A DNA stretch of 64,000 bases from Eledone cirrhosa (taxonomy: Eukaryota), in NCBI GenBank assembly GCA_964016885.1, contig OZ024742.1, forward strand, positions 240,002,001 through 240,066,000, in the 5' to 3' direction. Below are positions 38,942-55,002 of the stretch, in pieces; the first letter of the stretch is position 1, and every line of letters starts with the position of its first letter. The notes beneath the pieces were generated by a model that was not told the DNA's origin, made no database searches, and saw only the letters and a list, made by a program, of their open reading frames with translations. A program made the position numbers and the translations under genes.

Positions 38942-41751
38942 CAGTACACCCATATAGACAGAGGAGCAAGAGATAACTAAATACAGGGCTTTGACTGGCC
39001 ATTTCTTTCTTGGGTTGTTTGTCATTGAAACCTCTAGTGTCTTTGGTCTCTGAACTGCTGTTTTCTTCTGAAAGATTTGGAGGAAGTACATCCCACCTGA
39101 GGCAGAGATTAGGAGTATATCATCCCACCTGAAGAAAGATCCCCGTAAGGTGGAACGGCTAATGCAAAGAGTAGGAGTGCATCCCACCTGAGAAGAATCT
39201 CTATGAGGTGGAATGTATCATCCTATCTGAGGAAAGATCTCTGTGGGGTGGAATAGCTAATATAAAGGATATTGCGGTTTATGCTCCAGAGCAATGCTTT
39301 CACTAACTTGTCTGCAGGTTACAGTTAAAATGTACTGTCCAACCAAAGGTGTATAGCATGTATGGGTAACTTTCACCATCTTGTCTACAGGTTACAGCTG
39401 AAATGTACTGTCTGTCCAACCAAAAGTGTAGAGCAAGTATGGGCAGCATTTTTCAAACAGTGAGCCACATAGGATATAACTCATCATAAGATGGGCAGCA
39501 CTACTAAAGAAATTATTTAAGGTAACTTTAAAATTAGGCATGCTGTTCAGAAAGCCAAACAGGCTGCAATTTGCCCATGGCTCGTGTAGTTTACCCCTTC
39601 TCCTCCACATTTCTCATTCACTCCTTTTTTTTTATTTTTCCTCCTCCCCTTCCCCTTTTTATCTGATCTTGTTTGTAAATATCCATAACTGAATGTGAAA
39701 TTTTGAATTAATATAAATTTGTTATTCAATTGATTTCAAAAGACTATTGTAATGTTGAGACCCATAAGCTACATTTCATATAATGACTTTCTTTTAGGTG
39801 TGAGAAATAATACAAATTGATTTGAGTGTTTTTTTTGTTTGTTTTTTGACATGTGATTTGTCAAAAGAAATAATTTAAATAACAGACAATGTATAAGTCT
39901 TAATTTGTTTGGAAAACTCGTACTAGAAAGTACTAGCTGCAGTTGGGACCAACAACAAAGGATGCCTATTTTCAAAGAAGAAAATGCTGATCCTCAAGAA
40001 AAGTCTCTAAAAACTGTCACTTAACACTTTCAAGACTATATTTCTAGTGAAGTACATTCTATTTTAATTCCTTAATGAAGAATTGTGTGAGATTTACTAA
40101 ACTTATTATTTCATTACTAAGATAGTAACTTAACATATGGTTCTTCTTATATAAATTATGTTGGAAGATTTTAATTCAAATTGGGTCTTTTTGTTCCTTA
40201 AAATCAGTACTAGTATTAGCTGGGTTGGTATGAAAAGGGTTGTTAGAGCTCACACCAATGTATGTGCAGGTAGCCTCATATGAGGTAATATCTCATAGGC
40301 AGTTTATTAGATGCTTTAATAAGGGCTCTAGTAGGTTTAGCTGGCCTCCTATGAAGATGCATCTGAAACAATGTTTCTTTAATGTTTTCGTGATATAGGC
40401 CCCAATCCTATAATGAAAAGCAAAAGAAAATGAAGTGCCTTGCTCAAGAATACAACATGATGCCTAATCCATTAATTGAACCCATAACCTTATGATCCTA
40501 AACCAGTAGGACAGGGGACATAAAATGATAATGATTGTGTTATGAATAAATATATCAATTTAACATCTGTTTTGCCTCAGGCATAAGTGTCCCTTAGTGG
40601 ATTAGGCTATTGTTACATTTAATCATGTTCATGGATAATTGTAGATGTATTTATGTTCAGGTTTGGGCAATCAACAGTCTTATTTATATACATACACATA
40701 TTTTTGTTTTATACACACACAATGGGGTTTCATACAGATTCCATCTAACATCTACCAACATAATTTACAAGCTTACAAGGCAGTGGTCAGCTGTAGGTTA
40801 TAGTAGAATGCACTTGCCCAAGGATTGGCGAGGGAGGAGGAGGAGAATTATCTGAGATGATATTTTCACAGCATAGATACACAGTAAACAGGATGTGTGA
40901 CCAATTACCTTCTTAACACAACATAAAGGAAAGCCATTGCATGATGATGATGAATCACTATATAGTTATTTGTATCCTGACAAAATAACAAACAAAATTT
41001 AGCATCTATTTAAAAATTACAATGGCTGCTTCATTAGCTGGAATTGTGTCGACCAACAAATATGGGTGACTTGTTTATAAACTTGACAGAACATGGCAAC
41101 TATTAGTCACATGAAGAGAGCAATATATTATTTACAAAAATAAGAGATTCATTATTTTTTTTATATTAGACCAAGTCATTTCAACTGAAGGCTTGTGGAC
41201 TAATAGTTAAGGTATTGGACACATGATCATAAAGTTGAGGGTTTCTTTCATTCCTAGGCCAGACAGCTCATTGTGTTCTTGAACAGGATGCTTCAAATGA
41301 GTTCAAATCTCGCCATGGTCAACTTTGCCTTTCATCATTTTGAGGTTGATAAAGTACCAGTCAGGTATTGTGGCTGATCCCCATCCAGCTCTCTCTCTGT
41401 CTGGAAGAAATCGGCTATGTTCCAACCTGAACATGAATTGGCTTTGCCAGATTTAAAATGCCCAAAGTATGACCCTACAACTCCATCAGCAGTTAAGAGC
41501 CCTTTAGCTTTACCATTTTTAATTTCATAACTGATAATTCTTATGTATAAACATTTTCAAAAATATTATTATTATTAAAATGTGTTATTAACCAGAAATC
41601 AAGGTTTTTATAATCATCTGTTACAGGTAATATAATATCTTGACATCCTTTGAAACATATCAGCATATCAGCAGTGTAAGAAATAAACTGTGAAGGCCTA
41701 GATAAAAATCACAACCGTATCATAACATATAAGATTATATGTATGTAATAG

Positions 41752-42220
41752 GGCAGTGGATTGCCAGTGTCGATAGAAAATCGGAAACCATGCTTTGTAG
41801 CATAGAGTTACGGCCTTTTATGATCTGAGTTCAAATCCCGCCAAGGTTAACTTTGCCTTTCATCCTTACGGGGTTGGTAAAATAAAAAATCTACTACATA
41901 TGAAGTTTTCCCTTCCTGTTAGTTTGCCAGCATCCCACTACACCTCTTGTGTACCCAAGATCTGCATTGTGTACATATTCTTTCTCTCTCTTTCATATAT
42001 ATATTTATATATATCAACTTCATTATTTTACTGGATCGGCAGTATTGGTAGAGGGTCAGATGCCATGCTTTGCAGCAAAAAGTTACGGCCTTTTATGGTC
42101 TGAGTTCAAATCCCGCCGAGGTTAACTTTGCCTTTCATCCTTACAGGATCGATAAAATAAAGTACCAGTAATACACTGGGTTATTGCTGGCCTTGTGCCA
42201 AAAGTAGAAACAATTATTTT
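41752..42220 (+). mobile_element. Two SINEs of the 9140 family (41752-41890, 42035-42220) flanking a small RTE PHD fragment (-)
   Basis: A and B boxes and the core are present; 41895-41975 is the reverse complement of [14 protein letters not shown]. Confidence 0.75.
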
Positions 42221-42509
42221 ACATCTTTTCATGCTGTCATTTGCTGAACAGGTTGTCACTGTCCAAGACATGACCAATCAGAAAACCACCACACTTTACC
42301 CATCACGTTCCATTTTGATATGGTTTCTACAACTGGATGTCCATGCTAACATCACCCACATATATATATAAATGAAAATACAGCTCACACTGACACAGGT
42401 TTAGCTGGCCTCCTATAAAATTGCATCTTACAGGAGGTTTCTTAACTGTTTTATTGATAGGGACACCAATCCTATCATGGAAAGTGATGTGAAATGAAAC
42501 ATTTTGTAG

Positions 42510-43395
42510 ATCTGGAAAAGACCTTTGAGAGAGTGCCATGATCTGTTATCTGTTGGTCCTTAAGGAAACTATATGTAGATGAATGGTTCATGAGAGTGCA
42601 AGCCATGTATAGAGGTATTGTCAGTAAAGGGAGAGTAGGTAACGAGTTTAATAAAGAGCAGATGGGTATTCATTGGGTGCAGTGCCATCTGGTTTATTAT
42701 AGTTCTCCGGGCCATAGCAGAAGAGTTGAAGACTAACTGTTTATGTGAACTTCTGTATGCTGATGACCTGGTTCTTATAATGGAATCTGCCAAAGGACTA
42801 GGGAGGAAATTCCTACTGTGGAAACCGTTGAGTCAAAACAGCCCAGAGTAAACTTAGCAAAGACCAAAGTTTTATTAAGTTGGAAAGAGGGCAGGCCTCT
42901 GGTCCCATCAGGGAAGTGGCCATACTTGATATGTAGAAAGGCTTTATATGATCTACTCAATGTAAAACATAGGTACACAAAGTCTGTAGTGGGATTGTAA
43001 GTAGGCTAACAGAAAAGATAGACTTTGCATGTAGCAAATGCACAGGGATAGTTGGTAGCAAGAGCACCAATAAAATATACCCTTTCCAATTTTAGGAAGG
43101 TACCTTAGAAATAAGTACTTGATAGTTTCTGGATCTTAGGAGGAGGTTGTGAAACTATAGTAGCTAAAAGAAGAGGATGGAAAAAGTTAAGTTAGCAACT
43201 ACTCCTGTTAAGAACAAAAGTTTGTTTTTTCTCTATCAACATGTAGAGGGTGTGAAGAGAATAGAGAGAAAGGAAGCAAACATATTCCATTGTATGTGTA
43301 ATGTTAGTGTGCATGTACAACAGGACACAGATGAACTGAGAGAAAAACTGGATACAAACAGAATCAGATATGTGCAGGAGAGAAGATTATGGTGA
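42510..43395 (+). mobile_element. Decayed RTE LINE RT region
   Basis: [41 protein letters not shown]. Confidence 0.85.
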
Positions 43396-43416
43396 CACAC
43401 ACATTATATATATATA

Positions 43417-43750
43417 CAGTGCACACACCCCGGTATTCGCGGAATGTTCCTTAGAACCTAACTAATAATTGTTCGTGCAAACCACTGCATATTCGTGGAA
43501 TCGTAAATATCTTCCGTTATTTTATTTAATGGGTTTTTTTTTTTGTGGCAATATATATATTTTTTTTTAACGCTAAATTATTAATAACAATATACAGTAT
43601 TTGCTGGCCTATTGGATGCCCCTTTGAACAAGATGTTCCATCTTTTTTAATTATATTTTACGTTATATTTTGACATCCAATATTAATGGTTTTTCACTCT
43701 TTACAGGTGCTCTAGGAACATAACCCTCACGAATATTGGGGGGACAACTG
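43417..43750. mobile_element. Tigger/pogo-like MITE
   Basis: TA followed by CAGTg..ccccggtattcgcgg ... cacgaatattggggggacaACTG, forming imperfect TIRs. Confidence 0.6.
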
Positions 43751-45369
43751 GAGAGAAAGAAGGGGGACCATTCAATTAATACAGTCATTAAAATAAACAA
43801 ATATCAGAAATATGTCTATATATGATCTATAATATATATACTAACATGTTTAAAGTAAAAATTCTATCCATCAAATGATGCTCTGCAAAAAAATAGATTT
43901 AAGCTAATCACCTTATAAAAAAATAATCTAATCGTTTTCTTTTAGGGTCTCAGTCTCATATCATGAAACTACATGGCCATTTAACTTTAATCATCACATT
44001 GCATAAAGGATTAACAAAGTCAAGAGGCTTACATAGTTAACAATGGTTATTATGAAATTAGTTTGTAGAGCATTAGGTTTCAATTTAATTTAATAGGTGA
44101 AAGGGGGGAAAAAAAGAAAGGGTTCTTAACTCCTGGTGGATTCATATTGGCACCACCTTGACATACACTGTCTTGGGCATTATAAACCTAGCAGACCCCA
44201 TCCCTCTTCAGGTCAGAACACAGTCAATTTCTTCTAGAAAAAGTGAGAGAAAGTGATAAAGAGAGACAGAGAAAGAATCAACTCCAATACCGACTGCAGA
44301 TACTTTATCAACCTCAAAAGGATGAGAGGCAAAGTTGACTGTGGTGGGTTTTGTACTCAGAACTCAGTGAACTAGAACAAATACTGACGCATGTAATCCA
44401 ATGCCTTAATTCACCACTTTAATAGGACACACTTGATAATAACTTTAAGATACAGGCAATCTTAAGGAAATGAAGAGTATAAAGAACAGTTCCATTTTCA
44501 TTAGCAAGGACCTTTTACTTAAATGAATTTAAGTTAACTTAGATACAGTATCTTTACCAGTGGACAGATCATTGTGAAACTTCGCAGTTTAGAGTTTTGT
44601 GTATATTCCATTATATTCAATCAACAAAACATCCTCCTCATGAAATAAATGTGCAAATGGCTGAGCATTCCACAAATAGGTGTGCTCATAATGTAGTTCA
44701 CAGGGAGATTCAGCATAACAGTGTGACCAGGCTGGCCCTTTGAATAACAGTTACAAAACAAGTTTTCCAGCTGAGTCGACTAAAACAATATGAAATTATG
44801 TGCCTTGCTCAAGGACACAATAGGTCATAGGTAATATGATCGTGTAGCCATTCAGCCATGGTCTTTCAAAGTATTAGAGCAAAGACATTAATTTTTAATG
44901 TGATGCTGTATTAGTACTGTTTTTGTACTTTTCAAGAATATCTTGCCAATGTAGGTTTTACCCTGTAGTTAAATATTATATATGTCACTAATCATGTGTC
45001 TAATTGTATGTAGATTTGGCAGATCTCAAATATACTTCACAGTCAAATATATTTATAAAAATTATCAGATTTGACTTTATTTTGTGACACACCTAGAGGA
45101 TTATCAACAACATCACTTAAGTCTTGTGATACACTGTTTGGAAACTACTGGTATAGAGTAAACAATCAGTCTTGAAATGTATAGAAAACATAAACTGAAG
45201 AAGTATCACTCAGTTGGTGGTACTTCATATGGCCTAGTGGTTAAGATGTTGGACTTACAATCAGAAGACCATGGTTTTGATTCCTGGACTGGACAGTACA
45301 TTGTCTCCTTGAGCAAAATACTTTATTTCATGTTGTTCATTCTGCCAAGAGTTGTGACTGGCAGATAGT

Positions 45370-45575
45370 ATCAGCAATGGAAAGACCAATGGAAACACTT
45401 CTTCATTGGTCTTTCCAAGAGACTTAGTACATGGATGGGACAGAGTGGTGAAGATCTCTCTCAAGATGCTGAATTTCATGAAGGAGGTGACAAATGACCA
45501 CAGTGACTGATTAGCAATATGCAATGCCTGACAAAACTTTTCCAACTGAGCAAGCACTGCAAAATAGACACTGAA
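45370..45575 (+). mobile_element. Old RTE 3' end
   Basis: PR-TWDRVVK..MLN--KEVTND remnants plus a degenerate tail. Confidence 0.55.
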
Positions 45576-46454
45576 TCTGAATCTTCTATCCTGTCCACTA
45601 CCCTCTCATCTATTACTCACCCTCTTTCCAACCCACTGTACCACATTGCCTTTCAGCATCTTGTAGATGAAACCACATTGGCAAAACATTCTTGAACTGT
45701 ATAAAACATAACAATGACTGCATAACATATGAATTAACAAACCACATTAGCAAGACATTCTTGAAAAGTATAAAACAGTACTAAGACTGCCTCACATTAA
45801 TATTGAAAGTCTTTAACACTGCAAATTTCAAAGTGATCTATCCATTAGTAAAAACTCATAAACATTTGAATTAACAAACCACATGTAACCACACTAGAAA
45901 AACATTCTTGGAAAGCACAAATCAGGAGTATGACTGCATCACATTAAAAATGAAAGTATTTAGCTTGCTGCACATTTCCACAAAATATTAAAGAGACCAT
46001 ATAAACCTGTTTTCAAAAATGTTCTGCTAAATCATTATGAGATTTTATCCCAACACTATCACTACCTTTCTCCTATCAAGATATCTGGGTAAGGTTGTCA
46101 TCAAATAATATCTTTACATCCTGTATCCCACACCCCCAGTCATTACCACTATCTATCACTCTCTTTCACTTATCGTCGCCCATCTCTATTACTTCTCTAA
46201 CTAGTTCTCTCTTATCATCACCTATCAAACTGCTCCTGTTGTTTTCTATTCATCCACCTTATCAACAAACAACCAACATGTAGCTATCCCAGTCTACCTC
46301 TCATTATTTGCTCCCTTAAAACAGTTTTTCCAATCTCTTCATAATAACTCTTTCCTCTATTCACCTTCTAAGTCATTGTTGCTTCAAAGAATAGAGGAAT
46401 ATTATTGAGAAGACTGTTTTTCTACTTTATTTCACACACTCTCTCTCATAGACC

Positions 46455-46750
46455 TATGCTATTTTTCTATGTTACCATGGGTTAGATGAGTTGTCCCACC
46501 TATGCTATTTTTTCTATGTTAGCATGGGTTAGATGAGTTGTCCCATTGTGAGATAGCCCAATCAGATGACCATGTCTTGCTAATACAGAATTTTATTTTG
46601 GCTTGCTTTCTATGGCTGGATGCTTTTTATCATGGTACCAAATCGATGACATTACAGTGTAAGCTGGGAACTTTTTGTTGGGATACCTACACGACCATAT
46701 TACAGTGTGGACTGGGCGCTTTTTGTTGTGTCACCACCTTGACCACTTTA
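46455..46750 (-). mobile_element. RTE 3'UTR/tail copy with a tandem duplication of about 45 bp of the tail
   Basis: ctatgctatttttctatgtta-catgggttagatgagttgtccca occurs twice, then the reverse complement of the 3'UTR module. Confidence 0.65.
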
Positions 46751-46916
46751 CATAAATATATATATAAAGTTATATCTATATACATACAGAGTGGATAAAT
46801 GCCTACATATTAAATATGTGTATATTTATATACACATTGATGCAGGCTCGGTTGCCTACTATGTATATATACAAATATAACTTCATCGTACACTTTAGCT
46901 GCTAGCATACACTTTA

Positions 46917-46947
<31 letters not shown>

Positions 46948-47179
46948 GCCAATTTCTGAGGGATAGAGTTAATATAAACAGTGGTATGCTCATGCATGGA
47001 GATGCTAAACTATTTTATAGCATCTCCATGTATGAGTAAACCACACTTTATATATATTGAGTTCCACCAAAGAGCAGGGTAAAAAAGCACCGACTTGATA
47101 ACAGCCAGTCAGAAATGATGTCGTTGTCAATCACCCACCTTTTGCTTATGTTGGAATCCACTAGATGGCGCTGCGTCAC

Positions 47180-47900
47180 CAGTTTCCACTTCACCCAGCG
47201 CTCATCCTCCATGCGCATCACATGTCCATACCATCGTAGTCTCCTCTCCCGCACACTACAATCCCTCTCAGACACAGTTTCTCTCTCAACACATCCATAC
47301 TTGATCGTTCACGCACATTGACATTGCACATCCAACGGAGTCTGCTTGCTTCATTTCTCTCCAGCCGTCGCATATCCTCTGCAGTTGCTGCCCATGTCTC
47401 ACTACCATGCAGCATTGCGCACCTCACACAGGCATCATATAACTGGCCTTTCGTACGCAGGGAGAAACCTTCTTCATCAGCAGAGGAAGCAGCTGCCTAA
47501 ACTTCTTCCAACCCGTCCTTATTCTAGATACTATGGCCTCGGAAACCCCCCCCCCTCCATGCTAATCTGATCACCTAGGTACCGGAAGATATCAACCACT
47601 TCTATAGCACCCACCTGCATTTGAAAAACGTGTCTATCAATGCGACTTCTACTGTCAAATTTCCCTGTACATCTACTGCATACGTATTTCTCCCTACCTG
47701 TTAGTTTGCCTGCTTTCCCACTACAGATCTTGTGTACCCAAGATCTGCATTGTGTACATTTTATAGAATTTATGCCAGTTCCTTTCCCTGACGGATTCAG
47801 AGTTTTGTCTTCTTTTCTACTCATCAACACTTTTGTCTTAGCTAGGTTCACTCTCAGTCCTGTTGATTCCAACTGCTGTTTCCATAGCCAGAATTTATCA
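47180..47900 (-). mobile_element. RTE LINE RT C-terminal fragment with PHD remnant
   Basis: [53 protein letters not shown]. Confidence 0.9.
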
Positions 47901-47913
47901 CATACATACATAT

Positions 47914-48580
47914 ATCATCACTGTTTTACGTCCATTTTTCCACGCTAGCATGGGTTTGACGAGTTGTCCAGTTGAGGGCAATGCTGGGTCAGGTAGCCAT
48001 GTCTTGCACATACAGAACTGATTTCGGCTTGGTTTCTACAGCTGGATGTCCTTCCTAATGCCAACCTCATTTACAGTGAGTACTGAGTGCTTTTTGTCAT
48101 GTCACCAACACACACTGTACAGAGGGGATCCAGACAGTTCTAAAGAAATAGTCGACACTTTCCGTTGCCTGGGTGATGAAATCAACAGTGGAGGTGAGTG
48201 TTGCGAAAGTAAAGTAGCCAGAGTAAGAACGGGATGGAGAAAGTTGAGGGAGCTACTACCGCTATTAGCTACAAAAGGTTTTCCCCTTGAAATGAAGGGT
48301 AGATTGCATGATGCATGTATACAAACATGGTAGTGAGACCTGGGCAAAGTGTGCAGAGGACTTGCAAAGATTGGAAAGAAATAAAGCATGCATGCTCCAA
48401 TTGATGTGTAATAGTAAGAAACACCAATGGTATATGAGGGATCAGATGCAGTATGTTAAAGAGGAGATTGCATTGGTATGGTCATGTGATGCATATGAAG
48501 GGTGACAGCTGTATATAAAGTTGCAGGGTGATCAAAGTTGATGGAAGCTATGGAGTAGGAAAACCCAGAAAGACCTGTGG
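47914..48580. mobile_element. RTE 3'UTR copy (-, 47914-48115) joined to an RTE ORF fragment (+, 48116-48580)
   Basis: Reverse-complement tail and 3'UTR module, then EIVDTFRCLG..WRKLRELLPLL..GKPRKT. Confidence 0.8.
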
Positions 48581-48583
48581 AGA

Positions 48584-50150
48584 TTGTTCAGCTCAGCATT
48601 TGCTGCTTCAGCTGTTGAATGCTATGAGCAAAAGAGGCTTGGTAGAAGGACCCCTTGGTTCAATCAAGAGGTCAAAGATGCCATCCAAGCAAAGAAGGAG
48701 GCTTACATAGCCTGGCTTGCAGTACAAGCAGGCACAAAGAATTGCAGCAGAAACGGTAAAGGCATCCAAAGTTATGACATGGGAGGACATTGGGGTTAAG
48801 CTGAAATCCGACTTCAGATCAACAAATAAAGTGTTCTAGCAAACCATCTGCCAACTTCATGAAGCCCTCCTCCACACCTGCTATCAAGAACGCATCTTAG
48901 GTGGAGAGAATACTTTGCTGATCTCCTAAACCCGATCACAACAGCTTCTTCTGATGTACATGAGGTGCATCTGGTAGCTGTGATTAATCTTTCAGAGGTT
49001 GAAGTAACAAGAGCAGTTAAAGAGCTCAAATGTGGCAAGGCTGCTGGGGAAGCTGAAAACCAGCCCGAAATGTTAAAAGCCTTAAATAGAGATGGTATTC
49101 TCTGGCTAACTCATGTGTGCCGAGTGACCTGGATCTCTGGAAAGGCACCTAAGCAATGGCAATTGGGAGTGATAATTTTAATTTTCAAAAATGGAGACAA
49201 GAGAAATTGTTCCAATCGTTAAGCCTCCCCGGTAAAGACTATGCTAAGTGTCTGGCAAAGAGATGCAGGGAGATTGTTGAGTCCAAGCTAGCTGATGAAC
49301 AGTGTGGTTTTCGCCCCGGACACAGCACAGCTGACCAAATATTCACACTGTGGCAGGTCTTCGAGAATCCATGGGAATATTGCCAAGAGGTATATTCTTG
49401 TTTTGTCGACCTTGAAAAAATGTATGATCACGTTTCTCGGGACCTCCTGTGGAAGTTTCTGCAAGAGTATGAGGTTAATGGTCAAGTTCTTGCTGCCCTG
49501 ATACCACTATACGAATTACCAAGTATTTGTGTTCGGATAAATGGTGCTAAATCAAAACCATTAAATGTGGGAGATGAACTCTGCCAAGGGTGCGTACTGT
49601 CACCTCTCCTGTTCTTTATTTAAATAAACAGGATTCAAATGTGCAGCTGGGTTGGAAATGGTATCATGACTGGCGGATATAAAATCAGTCAACTGGAATC
49701 TGCAGACGACATGGTGTTACTTAACTTGACAGAAGGTGATCTCCAACTTGTACACGATAGGCATGGTACCAAGTTCAGCATGGTCGAAATGAAAATCAGT
49801 GCTGTGAAAACTGAGACACCCATCCTCTCAAGGAAACCTGTACAATGCACTCTAAATGTGAATGGAGTTCCATTGAAGCAGGTAGAGATGTTCAAGTATC
49901 TCGGGGCAGTATTCACAAGTGATGGAAGGCAGGAGGCTGAATTAAGTGCAAGAATTACAAGAGCTGGTGCAGTAATGTGCCAGCTTAAGCATTCAGTAAT
50001 CAGAAGAAAGCAAGTAGGCATAAAAGCCAAACTTGCTATCTTCAATTCGGTATTTATGCCAACCCTTACCCATAGTCATGATTCTTGAGTAATGACCGAA
50101 AGAATACAATTGTGAATACAAGCGGCTGAAATGGAGTTCCACCGAGGGGT
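48584..50150 (+). mobile_element. Second RTE lineage (Rex3/Expander-like), decayed, without PHD
   Basis: RTPWFNQEVKDAI, GKAAG, EQCGFRPG, CFVDLEK-YD, QGCVLSPLLF, ADDMVL, FKYLG. Confidence 0.9.
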
Positions 50151-50165
50151 CTTTGGACATCGTAG

Positions 50166-50602
50166 TTGTAAGCTTTTCTGGGTGGGTAATGATGATGGGT
50201 TAGGTGGGGTGGGCATATTACTGGCTGAGAGTTGGATCAATAAGACAATAGAGGTAGTTAGAGTTAGTAATAATTAAGCTTAGATTAGTTGTAGGCAAGA
50301 GGCTACTGACAATCATCCCTGCCTATGCTCCCCAGGCAAGCCTAGGTAAAGAAGAGAAAGACTGCTTTTACGAGCAACTTTTACAAACCGCCTCAATAAC
50401 AGAGGACAGAGACATCGTTATGCTAGTGGGGGACTTCAATGGACATGTTGGACAGCTCCAGGATGGATACACTGAGGTATATGGTGGGCACGGTTACGGC
50501 TCAAGAAATGAAGAAGGAGTGCGGCTTCTTGAATTTTGTTATGCAAATGCACTAACCATTTGCAACACTAACTTCCAGAAGCCTACCAACCACCTAATAA
50601 CA
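50166..50602 (+). mobile_element. RTE APE endonuclease fragment
   Basis: GGVGILL, AYAPQ, GDFNGHVG, GYGSRNEEGVRLLEF, CNTNFQK. Confidence 0.9.
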
Positions 50603-51660
50603 TTGCATCTTTTCTGTGTGTAGATTCTATTTTTATTTCTATGTTCTCTAATTTACCCTTGTGTTCTATTTTAGCATGTTGGTAGAGTACAGATGATTCT
50701 TTACTATCTTGAAGGTCTCGCCAGTGTTCATTTATCCGTTCTCCTACACTACGAGCTGTCTCACCTATGTACACTATATTTTTGTCTCTATATTGTCCTT
50801 CAGTACATCTTATGCTATACACTACATTTCTAGTTTTGCAGTTAATATGGTGGCTTATTTTACAGGTTATACATTTCTTATCTATACATGAGGGTCTTTG
50901 AAAATGGTATGTCTTGCTAATAAGTGTTTTTATGGAGGTACCTGGTCTTTCTACTATCTTAATATTGAGTTTATGTTTCTTTAGGGCCCTTCTAAATTTG
51001 TAAGCTAATTCCCCTCTAGGGGTTGTATCGATGAACATTACACTCTGGTATTTATTGCTATCATACCATGAGTTTATTCTATTAGCCTTGTTCCTAGTTC
51101 TTTCTATTCTATTCCAAAATTTGCTCCTATACAAGGGGCAGGTCCCATTTATGTCATTATTTACCATTTTTTCCCATTTGGTTCTGGCTCCTCTATACAC
51201 TCTGATTGTAGCCAGAGAACTGCATACGGTGGATGAAGTGTTGTATGTGTCTCTCTAGTTCTTCGGGGTTGCACATGCGGGACACGTTTCTCATCACCCG
51301 TACCAAATCCGCAATCAGTATGTTGATTTTGGTATGGTCCGAAACGGCCGAGTTTCGGTGGATCAGATGTTTGGAAGTCATGGGTTTGGCATAATGGGAA
51401 TGGAGGATTTGTTTTTTGTTGTTAATGGTATCTAACCAGAGCTCTGTGTCTAGTACAGGTAATCGATGGTTGGGGTGTTTACTTGGGTAGTCTATAGTAA
51501 CTCTAATGCTCTGGTGGATGGAGTTTGCTATTTGCTGGATGCTTTCCATTGTGTTTTTCTCTAGTTCCTGACTGTTCTCTAGAGGGGGTGTCTTAACTAC
51601 GATGTTTATATCATCAACGTAGCGGGAGTACATTATCAGGGTTAAGGGGTCTCCAATGAT
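50600..51660 (-). mobile_element. Penelope-like element fragment (RT + GIY-YIG), one frameshift near 51200
   Basis: YSRYVDD, LPVLD, HYAKPM, Cys-rich linker, NVVYSIRC..YIGETARS..RINEH. Confidence 0.92.
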
Positions 51661-52383
51661 CCACGTGGAAGCCACTGTTTTGACTGCTGTTTGGATTCAG
51701 GATCATACTGGTAGATCCAGGTTTCATCTCCGGTGATGATTCTGGTCAGGAAATGCTCATCAACTTCAATTTTGTTTAATATCGCCAAAGACAGATCACT
51801 TCGAAGAATCAGCTGATCAGGGCGCAACGCTTTTGGGACCCATTGCACTGAAAGCTTGCTTAGTCCCGAATTATTGTGCAGAATTGAATTTGCCGAACCA
51901 TATGAAATGTCTAGGGACTTAGCTAACTGATTAACTGTTATTCTTCGATCTTCTTCAATTAAAGTCTGAGCAGCCTCAACGTTTGGTCATTTTTTTATGT
52001 TCCTAGTCTTCCACGGCGATGGTTGTCTTCAAGGTCGTCTCTCCCTTGCTTGAATCGATGAATCCACTTGTAGACAGCAGTTTTCTTTGGAGCAGTAGTA
52101 CCGTAAACTTTAACTGAAGCCTCCATAATCTGTGTCCCATTCCATTTGAGTTTCAGCAGAAACTTGATATTCGATCTTATCTCAAAATAACTATTTTCCA
52201 TTGTTCCAAAAAGAGTTTTTTTTAAAGACTGTCGGTACTGTACAATAGTCCACGCATGACTGACTGCAAGTGACTAAGAGCAAGGTAAGCACCCAATGAC
52301 AATGTTGTGACATGTTTAATATTGTTTTAACCTATTTTTTTCTTACAACGATAAAATTCCGCGAACTTTTTGATCCCCCCTCG
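51660..52383 (-). mobile_element. Mariner transposon (irritans subfamily, Hsmar2-like), 5' half
   Basis: TA plus TIR CGAGGGGGGATCAAAAAGTTC; transposase from 52201 with WVPK, ITGDETWIYQYDPE and SKQWLPRG. Confidence 0.92.

Positions 52384-55002
<2,619 letters not shown>

Noticed and set aside
39121-39160. Hammerhead or HDV ribozyme in the ccacctgaaga units
   Set aside because: Core order and stems do not satisfy either fold.
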